From: Planctomycetota bacterium
GTDB lineage: Bacteria; Planctomycetota; B15-G4; JAXMBY01
Direction: 5' to 3'
DNA: 64,000 bases
Assembly (NCBI GenBank): GCA_046349655.1
Contig: JAXMBY010000012.1
Location: 50,405 to 114,404, forward strand
A model generated the notes under the pieces. The model was not told the DNA's origin. It searched no databases and saw nothing but the letters and a program-made list of their open reading frames with translations. Below are positions 17,875 through 28,446 of the stretch, piece after piece (positions within the stretch are counted from its first letter, which is position 1; every line of letters starts with the position of its first letter). A program made the translations under genes and the position numbers.

Positions 17875-20451
17875 GTGATCTGCTTGCTGGAACGGCACCC
17901 TGTCACGCCCGTGATCGGCCGGCGCGCGGTCCTCGTGGCGCTGGCGCTGGAGACCGTCGTCACCCTGGCCTTCTTCTGGCCGTTCCTCCGCCCTGGCCAG
18001 GCGTTCTTCGCGGTTCACAACGCGAGCTATTCCGGCTGGCGGGAGATCCTTCCCGAGGATCTCGTGCGACAGGTCGAGCGCGCGAAGAACCCGTTGATGA
18101 CCGATGATCTGCTCATGTTCCACCCGGAGGTCCTGCTGTCGGTGGAATCGCTCGAGCGGGGTTCCCTGCCAACCTGGAACCCTTATGCGTTCGGCGGCTA
18201 CCCGCACATCGCCACGGGTATCCCGGCGCTCTACTACCCGCTGATGGCGCTGCACCTGTGCCTTGATCCGCTGCGGGCCTATGGCCTGGCGGCAGCCGTC
18301 CAGGCTCTGCTCGCCGCGTTCACGCTGAGCCTGTTCCTGCTCCGAGTCGGCCTCTCGGACTGGGCAGCTGCTCTGGGGGGGCTCGTGTTCGCCTACTCGG
18401 GCTGGATGACCGCGCACATGCTCTACTACCAGGTCAGCGGTGCCAGCGCCTGGATCGGCCTCATGCTGCTTGGCGTCGAGCTCGTTCTCGGCGGCCACCG
18501 ACGCTGGGGACCCGCCGCGCTCGCACTGGCGGTCGGCTTGAGCTTCGCCTCGGGGTTCCCCCAGACGGCTTTCATGAACGTCTACGTCGCGCTGGCCTAC
18601 GGCGCGATTCGCCTCATCACCCTGCCGCGGTCATTCCCATCCCGCCTCGGCATGGCGTGGCAGCTCGCGTGGCCGGTGGGTCTCGGAACGATGCTCGCGG
18701 CCTGCCAGCTCGTGCCCAGCGCATGGCTCACGGTGGCAGGCATGTCCAACCGGCCGATCCCGTCCCTCGATCAGCTGGAGCCGCTCAAGCTGCCACCGGT
18801 GGCGCTGCTCACCTGGTTCCTGCCCAACCTGTTCGGCCACCCCACGCTGGACGCGAAGCTCATCTGTCCCGACAACCACATCCACCTGCTGGCGAGAGCC
18901 CACATCCCCGGCTACGCGGTGCTGACCAACTACGCCGAGATGCAGGCGTACGCGGGCTTGCTGCCGTGGGTGCTGCTGTTCCTCGGCGCCAGGCGTGCAC
19001 AGAGGCGGTTGTGGTGGCTCGCGATCGGTTTGCTCGCGATCGCCGCGGCTGCCGCCTGCGGAACGCCCGTATGGCGTGCGCTCTCGTTGCTGCCCGGGAT
19101 CCGGGTCGGCGACCCGAAGCGATTCCTGCTGCCCGCCAGCACGGCGCTCGCGATTGTCTCGGCCATCGGCGTTGATCGGCTGCCCGACGTGCGCCGCAGC
19201 CGGATCGTCCTCTGGCTGGCGATCCTCGCTGGCGCAGCGGCCCTGGGCGTGGCGCTGTGGCTCCACATCGAGCGCGAGCGGTTCCCGGCGGCCCTTGCCG
19301 GCATGCTGAACGGAATGCCCGCCGCGGCGGTTCTCGAGCACGTCCCGGCTGCCGACTTCGAGATCAACCGCACCACCTTGCTCGCGACGTTCCTGCGCGC
19401 CGGCCTGTTGCTCGCAACGGCCGGACTGCTGCTGCTGCTCGGATCGAGATCGGCGCGCGGCAAGCTGACCGTCGTTTCGAGCCTGGTGCTGCTGGCGTCG
19501 CTCGACCTCCTCATCCAGGGCCGCGACGGAATCTGGAGCACATGGCTCGGCCCCGGGTTCAATCGTCCGCTGCCGACGGCGCAGTTCCTGTCGCGGCACC
19601 CCCTGCTGGAGGCGATGCGCTCGGCAGCCCACGAACCGTTCCGGGTCATCCGCTTCGGCGATGAATGGCTGTTCCCACCCAAGACGCTTCAGCCCTATGG
19701 AATCGAGGACGCGCAGGGGTACGCCGCGCTCTATCTGGCTCGCTACCAGAAGTTCATCGAGGCGATCCCGGGCACCGCCACGGCTGGCTGTACCGCAGTG
19801 CAAGCCCTGCAGACGGAAGATGCCCTCCGTGCGCCGGCCATCGACCTGCTGAACGTGCGCTTCGTGCTGACGCGCGACGAGATCTCGGCACCCGGATACC
19901 GCCTGTTCGCCGAGCGCGATGGCATTCGCGTGTACGAGAACCTCGAGGCGTGGCCGCGCGCCTTCGTGGCGCGTGATGCCGAGGTCCTGCCAGGCACCGC
20001 AGCGGTGCTCGCTCGCATCACGCACGGCGACATCAGCCGCGACACGGTCTTGCTCGAGCACGAGCCGGCGGCGCATCCCACCACGGCGCCGACCGAACGC
20101 TTGCTCGCCACGCAAGTGACGTGGACGTCGCGGGACGCGACGTCGGCGAACCTGGAGGTCACCTCGGCCGGTGGCTTCCTGGTGCTCGCCGACACCTTCG
20201 ACCCGAGCTGGAGCGCGTGGGTCGATGACCAGGCCGCGCCGATCGAACCCGCCTACGGTGCGTTCCGGGCGGTCGCGATCGCATCGGGGACCCATCGCGT
20301 CTTGCTGCGCCACGCCGCCCTCGCCGAGCGGACTGGCCTCGCGCTGACCGGCGCCGCCCTGCTGATCTGGTTGGCGTGCGTGCTGCGACCAAGATGGCCG
20401 ATCGCACTGGCAAAGGGGAAGGCGGAGGGTCATGGGGGAGACGGGAATTGA
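17875..20451 (+). CDS. YfhO-like polytopic membrane protein (GT-C-type glycosyltransferase candidate)
   Basis: 858 aa with many TM segments and the motif GSLPTWNPYAFGGYPHIA, followed by a large C-terminal extracytoplasmic domain. The start is uncertain (GTG 17875 or GTG 17911). The last 19 nt overlap tRNA-Leu on the other strand. Confidence 0.7.
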   Translation: MICLLERHPVTPVIGRRAVLVALALETVVTLAFFWPFLRPGQAFFAVHNASYSGWREILPEDLVRQVERAKNPLMTDDLLMFHPEVLLSVESLERGSLPTWNPYAFGGYPHIATGIPALYYPLMALHLCLDPLRAYGLAAAVQALLAAFTLSLFLLRVGLSDWAAALGGLVFAYSGWMTAHMLYYQVSGASAWIGLMLLGVELVLGGHRRWGPAALALAVGLSFASGFPQTAFMNVYVALAYGAIRLITLPRSFPSRLGMAWQLAWPVGLGTMLAACQLVPSAWLTVAGMSNRPIPSLDQLEPLKLPPVALLTWFLPNLFGHPTLDAKLICPDNHIHLLARAHIPGYAVLTNYAEMQAYAGLLPWVLLFLGARRAQRRLWWLAIGLLAIAAAAACGTPVWRALSLLPGIRVGDPKRFLLPASTALAIVSAIGVDRLPDVRRSRIVLWLAILAGAAALGVALWLHIERERFPAALAGMLNGMPAAAVLEHVPAADFEINRTTLLATFLRAGLLLATAGLLLLLGSRSARGKLTVVSSLVLLASLDLLIQGRDGIWSTWLGPGFNRPLPTAQFLSRHPLLEAMRSAAHEPFRVIRFGDEWLFPPKTLQPYGIEDAQGYAALYLARYQKFIEAIPGTATAGCTAVQALQTEDALRAPAIDLLNVRFVLTRDEISAPGYRLFAERDGIRVYENLEAWPRAFVARDAEVLPGTAAVLARITHGDISRDTVLLEHEPAAHPTTAPTERLLATQVTWTSRDATSANLEVTSAGGFLVLADTFDPSWSAWVDDQAAPIEPAYGAFRAVAIASGTHRVLLRHAALAERTGLALTGAALLIWLACVLRPRWPIALAKGKAEGHGGDGN

Positions 20452-20518
20452 ACCCGTACAGCCCTTGCGGGCCACAGGATTTTAAGTCCCGCGCGTCTGC
20501 CGATTCCGCCACTCCCCC
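20433..20518 (-). tRNA. tRNA-Leu (anticodon TAA)
   Basis: The reverse complement folds by hand: acceptor GGGGGAG/CTCCCCC, anticodon stem CGGGA/TCCTG with loop CTTAAAA, long variable arm GGCCCGCAAGGGCT, T-arm ACGGG-TTCAATT-CCCGT, discriminator A. CCA is not encoded. Confidence 0.9.
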
Positions 20519-20577
20519 GCTGCCCTTGGATCGAGGACGGCGCACCACCAGGACCCGCCTGGCGCCAAGAGCTTGAG

Positions 20578-20648
20578 AGGCGGCACCCGGATTCGAACCG
20601 GGGGTGACGGATTTGCAATCCGTGGCCTTACCGCTTGGCTATGCCGCC
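20578..20648 (-). tRNA. tRNA-Cys (anticodon GCA)
   Basis: The reverse complement is GGCGGCATAGCCAAGCGGTAAGGCCACGGATTGCAAATCCGTCACCCCCGGTTCGAATCCGGGTGCCGCCT. Acceptor 7 bp, anticodon stem ACGGA/TCCGT with loop TTGCAAA, T-arm CCCGG-TTCGAAT-CCGGG, discriminator U as expected for Cys. Confidence 0.9.
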
Positions 20649-20664
20649 TGACGAAAGGTGCGAC

Positions 20665-20693
20665 AGCAAACCGACTTCCAGGTCCATTGTCAA
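20665..20693 (-). promoter_or_regulatory. Sigma70-like promoter candidate for the tRNA-Cys/tRNA-Leu pair
   Basis: Minus strand: TTGACA (20693-20688), 17-nt spacer, weak -10 TTTGCT (20670-20665). It ends about 17 nt before the tRNA-Cys 5' end. Confidence 0.3.
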
Positions 20694-20918
20694 CGCGCTG
20701 TGACGATCTTCCATCGTCCGGCTATAGCGGTTCGATTCGGGCGAGAAGATCGACGGAGTTCGAAGCGGTGCCGTTCAGCGCGATTCAATGATCGCCTCTC
20801 TGGGTTCTCTCCGCCTGGGCGCATCGGCTGGCATGCTCACCAACAGCAACCAACGTCTGGCCTCGGCCGCTGCGCTCAAGTAGAATCCGGCCACAACTCC
20901 GCAACGAGGGCGTTCCAC

Positions 20919-21164
20919 TTGATCGATCAACAACCGCGCAAGAGTCGCTCATTCCTGATCGGCATCGGACTCGACGGCGCCGACGGGCACGTGCGCATCA
21001 CCCGCGGACCAGGCTTCGGTCTGCTGGGTGGATCCCAGGAAACGCACGAGATGATGCAGGCGAAAGCGCTGCGGATCCACGAGGCGCTCGAGCAACGGCG
21101 GCAAAGCCTCGCCGACATGGACCCCGACGCGCTCGCGAGCCTGATCCAGGAGCTCGAACCATAG
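20919..21164 (+). CDS. Hypothetical small protein (81 aa)
   Basis: The last third of track ORF 20658..21164, from TTG 20919 (GAGGG about 8 nt upstream): MIDQQPRKSRSFLIGIGLDGADGHVRITRGPGFGLLGGSQETHEMMQAKALRIHEALEQRRQSL... Composition is protein-like. No family recognised. Confidence 0.4.
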   Translation: MIDQQPRKSRSFLIGIGLDGADGHVRITRGPGFGLLGGSQETHEMMQAKALRIHEALEQRRQSLADMDPDALASLIQELEP

Positions 21165-21187
21165 CCGCATGCGTCGTGGACTGCTCG

Positions 21188-21204
21188 AGGGGCCTCGCGC
21201 CCCT
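21188..21204. terminator. Short GC hairpin between convergent genes
   Basis: AGGGGC (21188-21193), loop ctcgc, GCCCCT (21199-21204). There is no U-tract, so evidence is weak. Confidence 0.2.
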
Positions 21205-21231
21205 GCCGAAGAGCTCGCTGCCCGAGCGCTG

Positions 21232-22155
21232 TCAATGCGCAAGGAATCGTTCGGCATCGATGGCCGCCATGCAGCCGGTGCCCGCGGCGGTGATGGCTTG
21301 CCGGTACACCGCATCCTGGACATCGCCCGCGGCGAACACACCCGGCACGCTGGTGCGCGTGCTCTTCGGCTGCGTCACGATATAGCCCACCAGGTCGAGT
21401 TCGATCTGGCCCTTGAACACGGCGGTGTTGGGCTCGTGACCGATGGCCACGAAGACGCCGTCGGTGGGATGCAACCGGGTCTGCCCCGTCCGCGTGTCGC
21501 TGAGCTTGACACCGGTGACCCCCTTCTTCTCGGGGTCCAGGATGTCGACCACCGCTGCATTCCAGATGAACGAGATCTTCGCGTTCTTCTGCGCCCGTTC
21601 CTGCATGATCTTCGACGCGCGCAGCTCCGCCCGCCGGTGCACCACCTCGACCTTGTTGGCGAACTTGGTCAGGAACAGCGCTTCCTCCATGGCGGTGTCG
21701 CCGCCGCCGACGATGATCACGTTCTTGCCGCGAAAGAAGAAGCCGTCGCAGGTCGCACAGGCCGAGACGCCATGGCCCATCAACTTCTTCTCGGCCGGTA
21801 GACCGAGGAGCTTGGCGCTCGCACCGGTCGCCACGATCAGGGCATCCGTGGTGATCTCGCGGTCGTCATCGGTGACGACGGTGAATGGGCGCTTGCGCAG
21901 GTCGACCCGCTGCACGGGCCCAGAGACGAACTCCGTGCCGAAGCGTTCCGCTTGCTTGCGCGTGTCCTCCATCAGCTTCGGACCGAGAATCCCTTCGGGA
22001 AAGCCCGGGTAGTTCTCGACCTCGGTGGTGATGGTGAGCTGCCCTCCTGGCTCGCGTCCCTCGACGACCAGCGGCTTCAGGTTCGCGCGCGCGGCGTAGA
22101 TCGCTGCGGTCAAACCAGCCGCTCCAGAACCCAGGATCACCACCTTGCGATGCAT
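21232..22155 (-). CDS. trxB: Thioredoxin-disulfide reductase
   Basis: GSGAAG FAD motif, redox-active CATC ([11 protein letters not shown]), NADPH motif [10 protein letters not shown]; 307 aa. Confidence 0.95.
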   Translation of the reverse strand: MHRKVVILGSGAAGLTAAIYAARANLKPLVVEGREPGGQLTITTEVENYPGFPEGILGPKLMEDTRKQAERFGTEFVSGPVQRVDLRKRPFTVVTDDDREITTDALIVATGASAKLLGLPAEKKLMGHGVSACATCDGFFFRGKNVIIVGGGDTAMEEALFLTKFANKVEVVHRRAELRASKIMQERAQKNAKISFIWNAAVVDILDPEKKGVTGVKLSDTRTGQTRLHPTDGVFVAIGHEPNTAVFKGQIELDLVGYIVTQPKSTRTSVPGVFAAGDVQDAVYRQAITAAGTGCMAAIDAERFLAH

Positions 22156-22209
22156 TTCTTGTCCTCCGAGAGATCCGCGCCTGCTGGCGAGTTCGCAGTG
22201 CGCGCTGCG

Positions 22210-23682
22210 TCAGCCCCTGCGCGGCTCCGCCTTCGACCAGTTCTCGATGAGATGGCTGAGGAGCCTCACGCCTACCCCCGAAGAGCCCTTCTCGTAATAG
22301 TCGCGAGCGCGCTGATCCCAAGCGGTACCGGCAATGTCGAGGTGGGCCCAGCGCATGCCGGCCGCGAATCGGCTCAGGAAGTACGCGGCCATGATCGAGC
22401 CTGCTCCCTTGCCGCCGGTGTTGGCGATGTCGGCAACATCGGACTTCATGCCGTCGGCATACTCCTCGACGATCGGCAGGTGCCAGACGCGCTCGCCGGA
22501 CCTCGCTGCCGCAGCCTCGATCGCCCGGCGCAGCTTGTCATCGTTGCAGAACAGGCCCGAGAGGTCGTGACCCAGCGCGATCACCACGGCGCCGGTCAAC
22601 GTGGCGAGATCGATCGTGACGGTGGGCTTCAGCGTCTTCGCGAACTCGAGCGCATCGGCGAGGATCAGCCGCCCTTCGGCATCGGTGTTGATCACCTCGA
22701 CCGACAGGCCGCCGTAGGTTGTGAGCACATCGCCAGGCTTGATCGCCCGGCCTCCCGGCATGTTCTCGGTCGACGGAATGATCCCGATCACGCGCGTCTT
22801 CGGCCGCAGGATCGACAGCGCCTTGAACACGCCGAGGACCGTCGCACCGCCGCTCATGTCGTACTTCATCTCCTCCATGCCCTTCGCCGGCTTGATGGAG
22901 ATGCCGCCCGAATCGAACGTCAGCCCCTTGCCAACCAGGCAGACCGTGTCCTTGGCCCCCTTCGGCGCGTACTCGAGCTTGATCAAGCACGGCGGCTCCG
23001 CGGATCCCCGCGCCACGCCGAGGATGCCGCCCATCTTCATCTTCTCGAGCTCGGCCCGGTCGTAGACCCGGCACCTGATGCCGTTGCCGGAGAGCTCCCG
23101 CGCGCGCTCGGCGAGGTGGCTCGGGGTCGCGACGTTGGCTGGCGAGTTGCACAGGTCGCGCGCGAGATTGGTCGCGGCTGCCAGCGCAACGCCACGGCGA
23201 ACACCATCCTCGAGCGCCCTGTGCTCGGCCTCGGCGAGAATGGTCATGCTCTTTGGCGCGGTGGCGCCGTCCTCGGCCTTGTCACGACGCTGGGCGGCGA
23301 AGCGGTAGGACGCCAGGATCGTGCCCTCGGCAAGCAGCTCGCCCAGGTCGCGAGCCGAACGCCCGCGCACCCTCGGCAAACTGAGCGCGTAGTGCTCGAG
23401 CTTCAGGGCCTGTGCACGCTTCTCCGCCAGCGCCGCCGCCCGCCGCAGCGTCTCGGCGTCGATCTTCTTCGGGTTGCCGAGGCCGATCAGCAGGATGCGC
23501 TCCACGTCGCCCGGCGCGTACAGCAACGCCGTCTCGCGGAACTTCCCCGTGAAGTCGCCGTGCTTGATGGCGACCGACGCCACTGCGGCCGGCTCCGGCT
23601 TGGTCGGCGGTTTCTCTCCCTCGGCGAGGAAGATCACGAGCAGCGGTGTTCGTGCCAGCTCGCGCTGCACCTCGATCTTCAT
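22210..23682 (-). CDS. pepA: Leucyl aminopeptidase (M17)
   Basis: VGKGLTFDSGGISIKP and NTDAEGRLILADAL signatures; 490 aa, intact. Confidence 0.95.
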   Translation of the reverse strand: MKIEVQRELARTPLLVIFLAEGEKPPTKPEPAAVASVAIKHGDFTGKFRETALLYAPGDVERILLIGLGNPKKIDAETLRRAAALAEKRAQALKLEHYALSLPRVRGRSARDLGELLAEGTILASYRFAAQRRDKAEDGATAPKSMTILAEAEHRALEDGVRRGVALAAATNLARDLCNSPANVATPSHLAERARELSGNGIRCRVYDRAELEKMKMGGILGVARGSAEPPCLIKLEYAPKGAKDTVCLVGKGLTFDSGGISIKPAKGMEEMKYDMSGGATVLGVFKALSILRPKTRVIGIIPSTENMPGGRAIKPGDVLTTYGGLSVEVINTDAEGRLILADALEFAKTLKPTVTIDLATLTGAVVIALGHDLSGLFCNDDKLRRAIEAAAARSGERVWHLPIVEEYADGMKSDVADIANTGGKGAGSIMAAYFLSRFAAGMRWAHLDIAGTAWDQRARDYYEKGSSGVGVRLLSHLIENWSKAEPRRG

Positions 23683-23894
23683 GAAGCGGTCGCTCCGTCA
23701 CGAGCCATCAGCGGTGGTGCAAGGCCCGCCACCGCACGCAAACGCGGCGCCCGTGAACGGCGCCGCGGCAAAGATGTCATTTGTCCCCTGTCCCCGCCCC
23801 GGTTACGCTCAGGCGCAATCGGCCTGGCAAGCAGCTCTACCATCGGACGCCGGCGTGACCGACGCCCAGTCAGGGCCGCGCATTGTAGCGGCAG

Positions 23895-24977
23895 ATGATC
23901 ATGAACGGTCAGCGAAAAGGCGGCTTCACCGCGGCCCCCGGCAGAGCGCGACTCGCGCTCGTGCTGGCGTTGCTCGTACCCGCAAGCTGCCGCATCCACG
24001 TCGATCAGCTGCAGGAGACCGAGCGCGACCGCGGCACGGTCGCGCTCGTCCCCGAGGATCTGAAGCGCGGCTTCACCCATCCGCGCGCGGCGGTGGTCAC
24101 ACCGTCCAATCCCGGCGATGGCCTGCGCGCCTACGACGAAGGGCTGGCATCCGACCTCGGCGGCGTCCTCGGCCGCGTCGGTGGTCTGGTCGTGGTGGAG
24201 AAGCGCGAGATCGAAACGGTGCTGAAGACCATCGAGCAGAACCTCTCGGATCTGGTCGATGCGTCGAAGCTGAACGAGGTCCCCGGTCTGGAAGCGATCA
24301 GCCACCTGGTGGTCGCGCACGTCACCCACGCCGACTCCAGCGAGGAGGAGATCCAGATTGCCCCACCCGCGAAGCCGGGCGACCGGCCCGTCATGATGAA
24401 AGTGATCAACGCCGCGGCCGGCATCTCGATCAGGGTGATCGAGGTCGGGACCGGCGTCGTGCTGCGAGACATTCGCAAGCAAGGCGCCACCAGCAGCTAT
24501 CTGTCCGCGCTCTCGGGCAGCACGCACGCGTCGTTGATTGCCGACGCCATTCGCGAGGCCGCCAGCGCCGCGCTCCCCGAGCTGCAGAATCTGTTTCCGG
24601 TGCGGGGCTACGTCATCCGCCTGCGCGGCGATGCGCTGGTGGCGCTGATCTCGCTCGGTCAGCGCGACGACATCGACGACGGACGCCGGTTCCGTGTCTT
24701 CCAGCGCACCAGATACACGGACGCGCTGGGCGTCGCGCGCGAAGAGACCACGAACATCGGCGAGCTGAAAGCGATTCAAGTGCTCGATGACACCACCTGG
24801 TGCAAGGTGCTCGAGGGACGCGAGAAGATCCTGAACGGCATGGAGGTGGAATCGCTGCCCGAGGGCGCGGGGCAATCTTCGAGGCTCTGTTCGGCGGCTG
24901 GTGAGCAGCGGTCACCGCGCGCGCTCGACCATTGCTCTGCACGCGCGCGCGCTCCTCGCCATCGGGGAAGCGCCTGA
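23895..24977 (+). CDS. CsgG/HfaB-like envelope lipoprotein
   Basis: Signal peptide plus lipobox LALVLALLVPASC. It has the pattern GLASDLGGVLGRVGGLVVVEKREIETVLKTIEQNLSDLVD typical of CsgG-family lipoproteins. The Arg-rich tail after ...[10 protein letters not shown] is suspicious. The +1 frame gives [10 protein letters not shown] and a stop at 24902-24904. Confidence 0.65.
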   Translation: MIMNGQRKGGFTAAPGRARLALVLALLVPASCRIHVDQLQETERDRGTVALVPEDLKRGFTHPRAAVVTPSNPGDGLRAYDEGLASDLGGVLGRVGGLVVVEKREIETVLKTIEQNLSDLVDASKLNEVPGLEAISHLVVAHVTHADSSEEEIQIAPPAKPGDRPVMMKVINAAAGISIRVIEVGTGVVLRDIRKQGATSSYLSALSGSTHASLIADAIREAASAALPELQNLFPVRGYVIRLRGDALVALISLGQRDDIDDGRRFRVFQRTRYTDALGVAREETTNIGELKAIQVLDDTTWCKVLEGREKILNGMEVESLPEGAGQSSRLCSAAGEQRSPRALDHCSARARAPRHRGSA

Positions 24978-27349
24978 GATACAGCGCCAGGATCACGCGT
25001 GCCTCGTCCTTCTGGTCGGCCGCGAGCAGCGCTTCCGCGAGCCTCGTGTAGACTCCGGGAATCTCGAGGCGCAGCTCCCGCATCAGGGCATAGCTCTCGC
25101 GCAGCTCGGCCAGCGCCGCGGCCGCATCCTGGCGGCGGGTGAGCAGCTTGCCGAGCTCGAAGTGCGCATAGGGGTTGCCGGGCAGCGCCGCCAGCGACAG
25201 GCGCAGCTCGGTTTCGCCACCGGCATCATCGCCCGCCGCAATCAGCCGCGTTGCCCGATCGTAGGATTCGCGCGCCTCGTTCTTGCGTTGTTCTCGCTCC
25301 TGTTCGGCAAGCATATCGTCGCCGGGCGCCAGCGCCGTGCTGTTCTCCTCGTGCAGCAGGGCTTCGATCGCACCGATCTTGATGCCGGGCGGCCGGATCG
25401 CGAGGATGCGCTCGAAGTACGGCTTGGCGCTGGCGTGATCACCGGCAAGGAACAATCGGTAGCCGATCCGCTTCAGCACGTCGCCGAGGTCGCGGGCCAG
25501 ATCGGGCAGCTTGGGATCGGCCGCGTAGGCATCGCTCAGATAATGCTCGGCGCGAGTGAGGTCGCCATCGCTGGCCCACAGCTTGCCGATCAGATGACTC
25601 GCAGCTGCCATCGCCGGCTGCTCGCGCAGGGCCTGTTCGGCACGGTTGCGAGCGCGGTCCTGGAAGCCCTGCGCAAGCTCGAGCTGAGCGAGCCCGAGAT
25701 AGCAGCTCGCAAGCGTCCTGCGTCCCTCGGGAATCGCCGGATCGCGCTCGAGCGCTGTCTTCATCAAGCGCAACCCCTTGTCCTTGCTCTTGGTGGCATC
25801 GAACAGCACCTTGCCGAGCACGAACGTGGCCATCGGCGATCGGCGATCGATGGCAAACGCGCGTCCCAGCTGCTGCTCGCCGCCCTCGAGCTCCCCTTGC
25901 ATGAAGTACAGTCGGGCCAGCTCGATGAATGCCTCGGCGCGGCCGGGTGCCAGCCGCTGGGCCCGCTCGAGCGATCGCACCGACTCCACGAGGTGGCCCT
26001 GACGCATCAGGGCAGTGCCGAGCGCGACCCTCGCATCATAGAGATCGGGGTCCCGATCGAGAGCGCGTTCGAGCCAGACGCTCGCATCGGTCGTGAGCGC
26101 CGCATCCTGGTTCCCTGGATCGAGCGCGAGCAAACCAGTCCCGGCAGCAGCACAAACCTCGGGCGCGGACGCGACCGGGTCGATCTGCGCCACCGCCGCC
26201 CTGAACGCGGTCCCATCCAGCAGCGCGAGCGATCGCAGGCGCTCGCTCGCCACCCTGGGTGGCCGCTCGGCCGCAGACGGATAGGCCTCGTCGACCAACG
26301 ACAGCGCCGCAGCCGGGCGCCCCTGCTCTCGCTCCAGCGCGCAGATGCGCACCACGGCGAGCTCGCGGATGCCTGCACCTGATCGCGGCAGCAGCGCGCG
26401 CAACCGATCGGCGACACGCCCGGCGGCATCTGGCTCGGCATCCAGGGCAACCTCCGCCCACTTCAGCACCACCGCCGGCTCCGCCGGCGTCGCCTCGATC
26501 TGCCTCAGGATCCACTGCCGCGGGTTGCTCGTCTCCTGCCGCCACGTCCACGTCGCGCTGAGCGAGATGATCAGGAGCGCCATCACCGGGACGAGTGCGA
26601 GCCGGCGGATCCGCGAGCGGCCGCCGGAGCGGGCCACGAGCATGCCGAGCCCCTGCGCGGCAGCCGCGACGCCGAGCGCCACTGCCGACGGCGGTAGCGC
26701 ACGCTCGGGGACCAGGCGCGCAGCACCGAGGGCGAGCGCGGCGGCGACGATGGGCCCGACCGCGAGCCAGAATGCGGCAACCCACGCCCTTGCGGCCGCG
26801 GCGATCGCCACGAGCGCGACGCTGAACGCGCTGCGCGTGAGGAGCGCGCTCGATCCGCCGGCCGCCACGAACGGCAGCGCGCTCGAAGGCCAGTACACCT
26901 CGGCCGCTGCGGCAAGCCAGCGGCGCATGGTCGGGGCGTCGACCTGGTATCGCGGCGGCGGTGAAGCGCAGCACCGCGAGCCAGATGGCGATCGACGCCA
27001 CGAGCGCGAGGCCTCCCAGAGCGGGCGCCGCACCAGAGCACCGAGGGCCAGCGTGGACGCAATCAGGGTGGCGAGCTGCCGGCAGGTCCTCGCCCCGCGA
27101 CATAGCGCGAGAGCGCCGGGTGGCACAGCACGAAGGTCGTGGCAACGATCGCGGGCAGCGCTGCGCCGTAGCCGAGCCGCGCACCGACGAACGCGGCCAG
27201 CACCACCAGACCGCGGCGATCCTTGTTGCCGGTGCCGGGAACGACGCGCCGCCCGCGGCGTCGACGAGGAACGCCGCGAGCGGCGGCAAGCCGTGCAGCG
27301 CGACCATGCTCAGGGTGGTGAGCAAGATGGCGAGGAGGATCGTCTGCAT
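24613..27349 (-). CDS. Polytopic membrane domain (possibly O-antigen-ligase-like) fused to a long TPR region; 5' part probably frame-broken
   Basis: ORF 24613..27126 gives about 600 aa of TPR-like repeats preceded by hydrophobic segments ([43 protein letters not shown]). Further TM-like strings continue in other frames up to ATG 27349 ([20 protein letters not shown]; [29 protein letters not shown]). The 3' tail after ...[11 protein letters not shown] is Arg/Pro-rich and overlaps the convergent gene. Confidence 0.55.
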
Positions 27350-27526
27350 GGACCGGGATCGCAGCTTGCGATGGCCGACGTGATCAGAACATACCTATAC
27401 CGCATCGACGTCGGATGGAACCTTCGCGTGACTGCGTCGCGGCAAGACGGCGGAGCATCATCGCGACCGAACCGGCAAGCCTCGGCATGCCGTCCGCGTC
27501 CTCGGCGTTCGGACGGCGGGACCGTG

Positions 27527-28360
27527 ATGGCGACCCCGAACGGCAGGGATGCGCGCCGGATGATCCGGAGGCTGCAGCACGAGATCAAGGCATGGCGGGA
27601 CTTTGGCCTGGACGCCCTCGTGCTGATCGCTCCCGAGCATGCGGCGCCGAGGTCGCCTCGACCAGGGCCCGAAGAACAGGAGGCGGCCGTGCCGCGGCGA
27701 GCACCGGGGCCAAGGCCCGACCAAGAGGACCGGGAAGTCGAGCGCAGCGTCGCGATCCAGCCCGTGCTGTTCGACTCGCAACCAACCTCCTCGCGCGATG
27801 CCGAGATCGCCTCGCACGAGCTGGCGAAGGTGGTTGCGTCCTGCACGCGCTGCAAGCTGCACCAGGGTCGCACGCAAACCGTCTTTGGCGAGGGACCGCT
27901 GGGGGCCGACCTGATGTTCATCGGCGAGGGCCCGGGAGCCGACGAAGATGCCACCGGCCGGCCGTTCGTGGGACGCGCGGGCCAGCTGCTGACGAAGATC
28001 ATCGAGGCGATGGGCCGCCGGCGTGAGGATGTCTACATCGCCAACGTGGTCAAGTGTCGTCCGCCGCAGAACCGCACGCCGGAACCAGACGAGATCGGCT
28101 CGTGTCTGCCCTATCTGCAGGAGCAGATCCGACTGGTGCGCCCGCGGCTGATCTGCACGCTCGGTGCACCCGCGACCAAGACGTTGCTCGGCATCACCAC
28201 CTCCATGAGCCAGGCCCGCGGCAAGATCTACAAGCTGGGCACGATCCGCGTCGTACCGACGTTTCACCCGGCCTACCTCTTGAGAAACCCTGCCGAGAAG
28301 CGCAAGGTCTGGGAAGACGTGCAGCTCATCAACCGCCTGCTCGCCGGAAACGGCGGTTGA
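27527..28360 (+). CDS. Family-4 uracil-DNA glycosylase with N-terminal extension
   Basis: The last 277 aa of track ORF 26345..28360, from ATG 27527. It has [39 protein letters not shown] and HPAYLLRNP. About 100 aa of low-complexity sequence precede the core. Confidence 0.85.
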   Translation: MATPNGRDARRMIRRLQHEIKAWRDFGLDALVLIAPEHAAPRSPRPGPEEQEAAVPRRAPGPRPDQEDREVERSVAIQPVLFDSQPTSSRDAEIASHELAKVVASCTRCKLHQGRTQTVFGEGPLGADLMFIGEGPGADEDATGRPFVGRAGQLLTKIIEAMGRRREDVYIANVVKCRPPQNRTPEPDEIGSCLPYLQEQIRLVRPRLICTLGAPATKTLLGITTSMSQARGKIYKLGTIRVVPTFHPAYLLRNPAEKRKVWEDVQLINRLLAGNGG

Positions 28361-28446
28361 GCGGCAGGACCATTGCCTCGCGCAACGGGTGGGTTACTCG
28401 AAGCAGAACGTACGGCTAGACCAGCACAACGTCGACGAGGTTTCCT

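Noticed and set aside
20400-20920. A genomic-island or integration hotspot at the tRNA-Leu/tRNA-Cys pair
   Set aside because: There is no integrase, recombinase or phage gene on either side. I did not find a direct repeat of either tRNA 3' end nearby, and the flanking genes are ordinary housekeeping genes.
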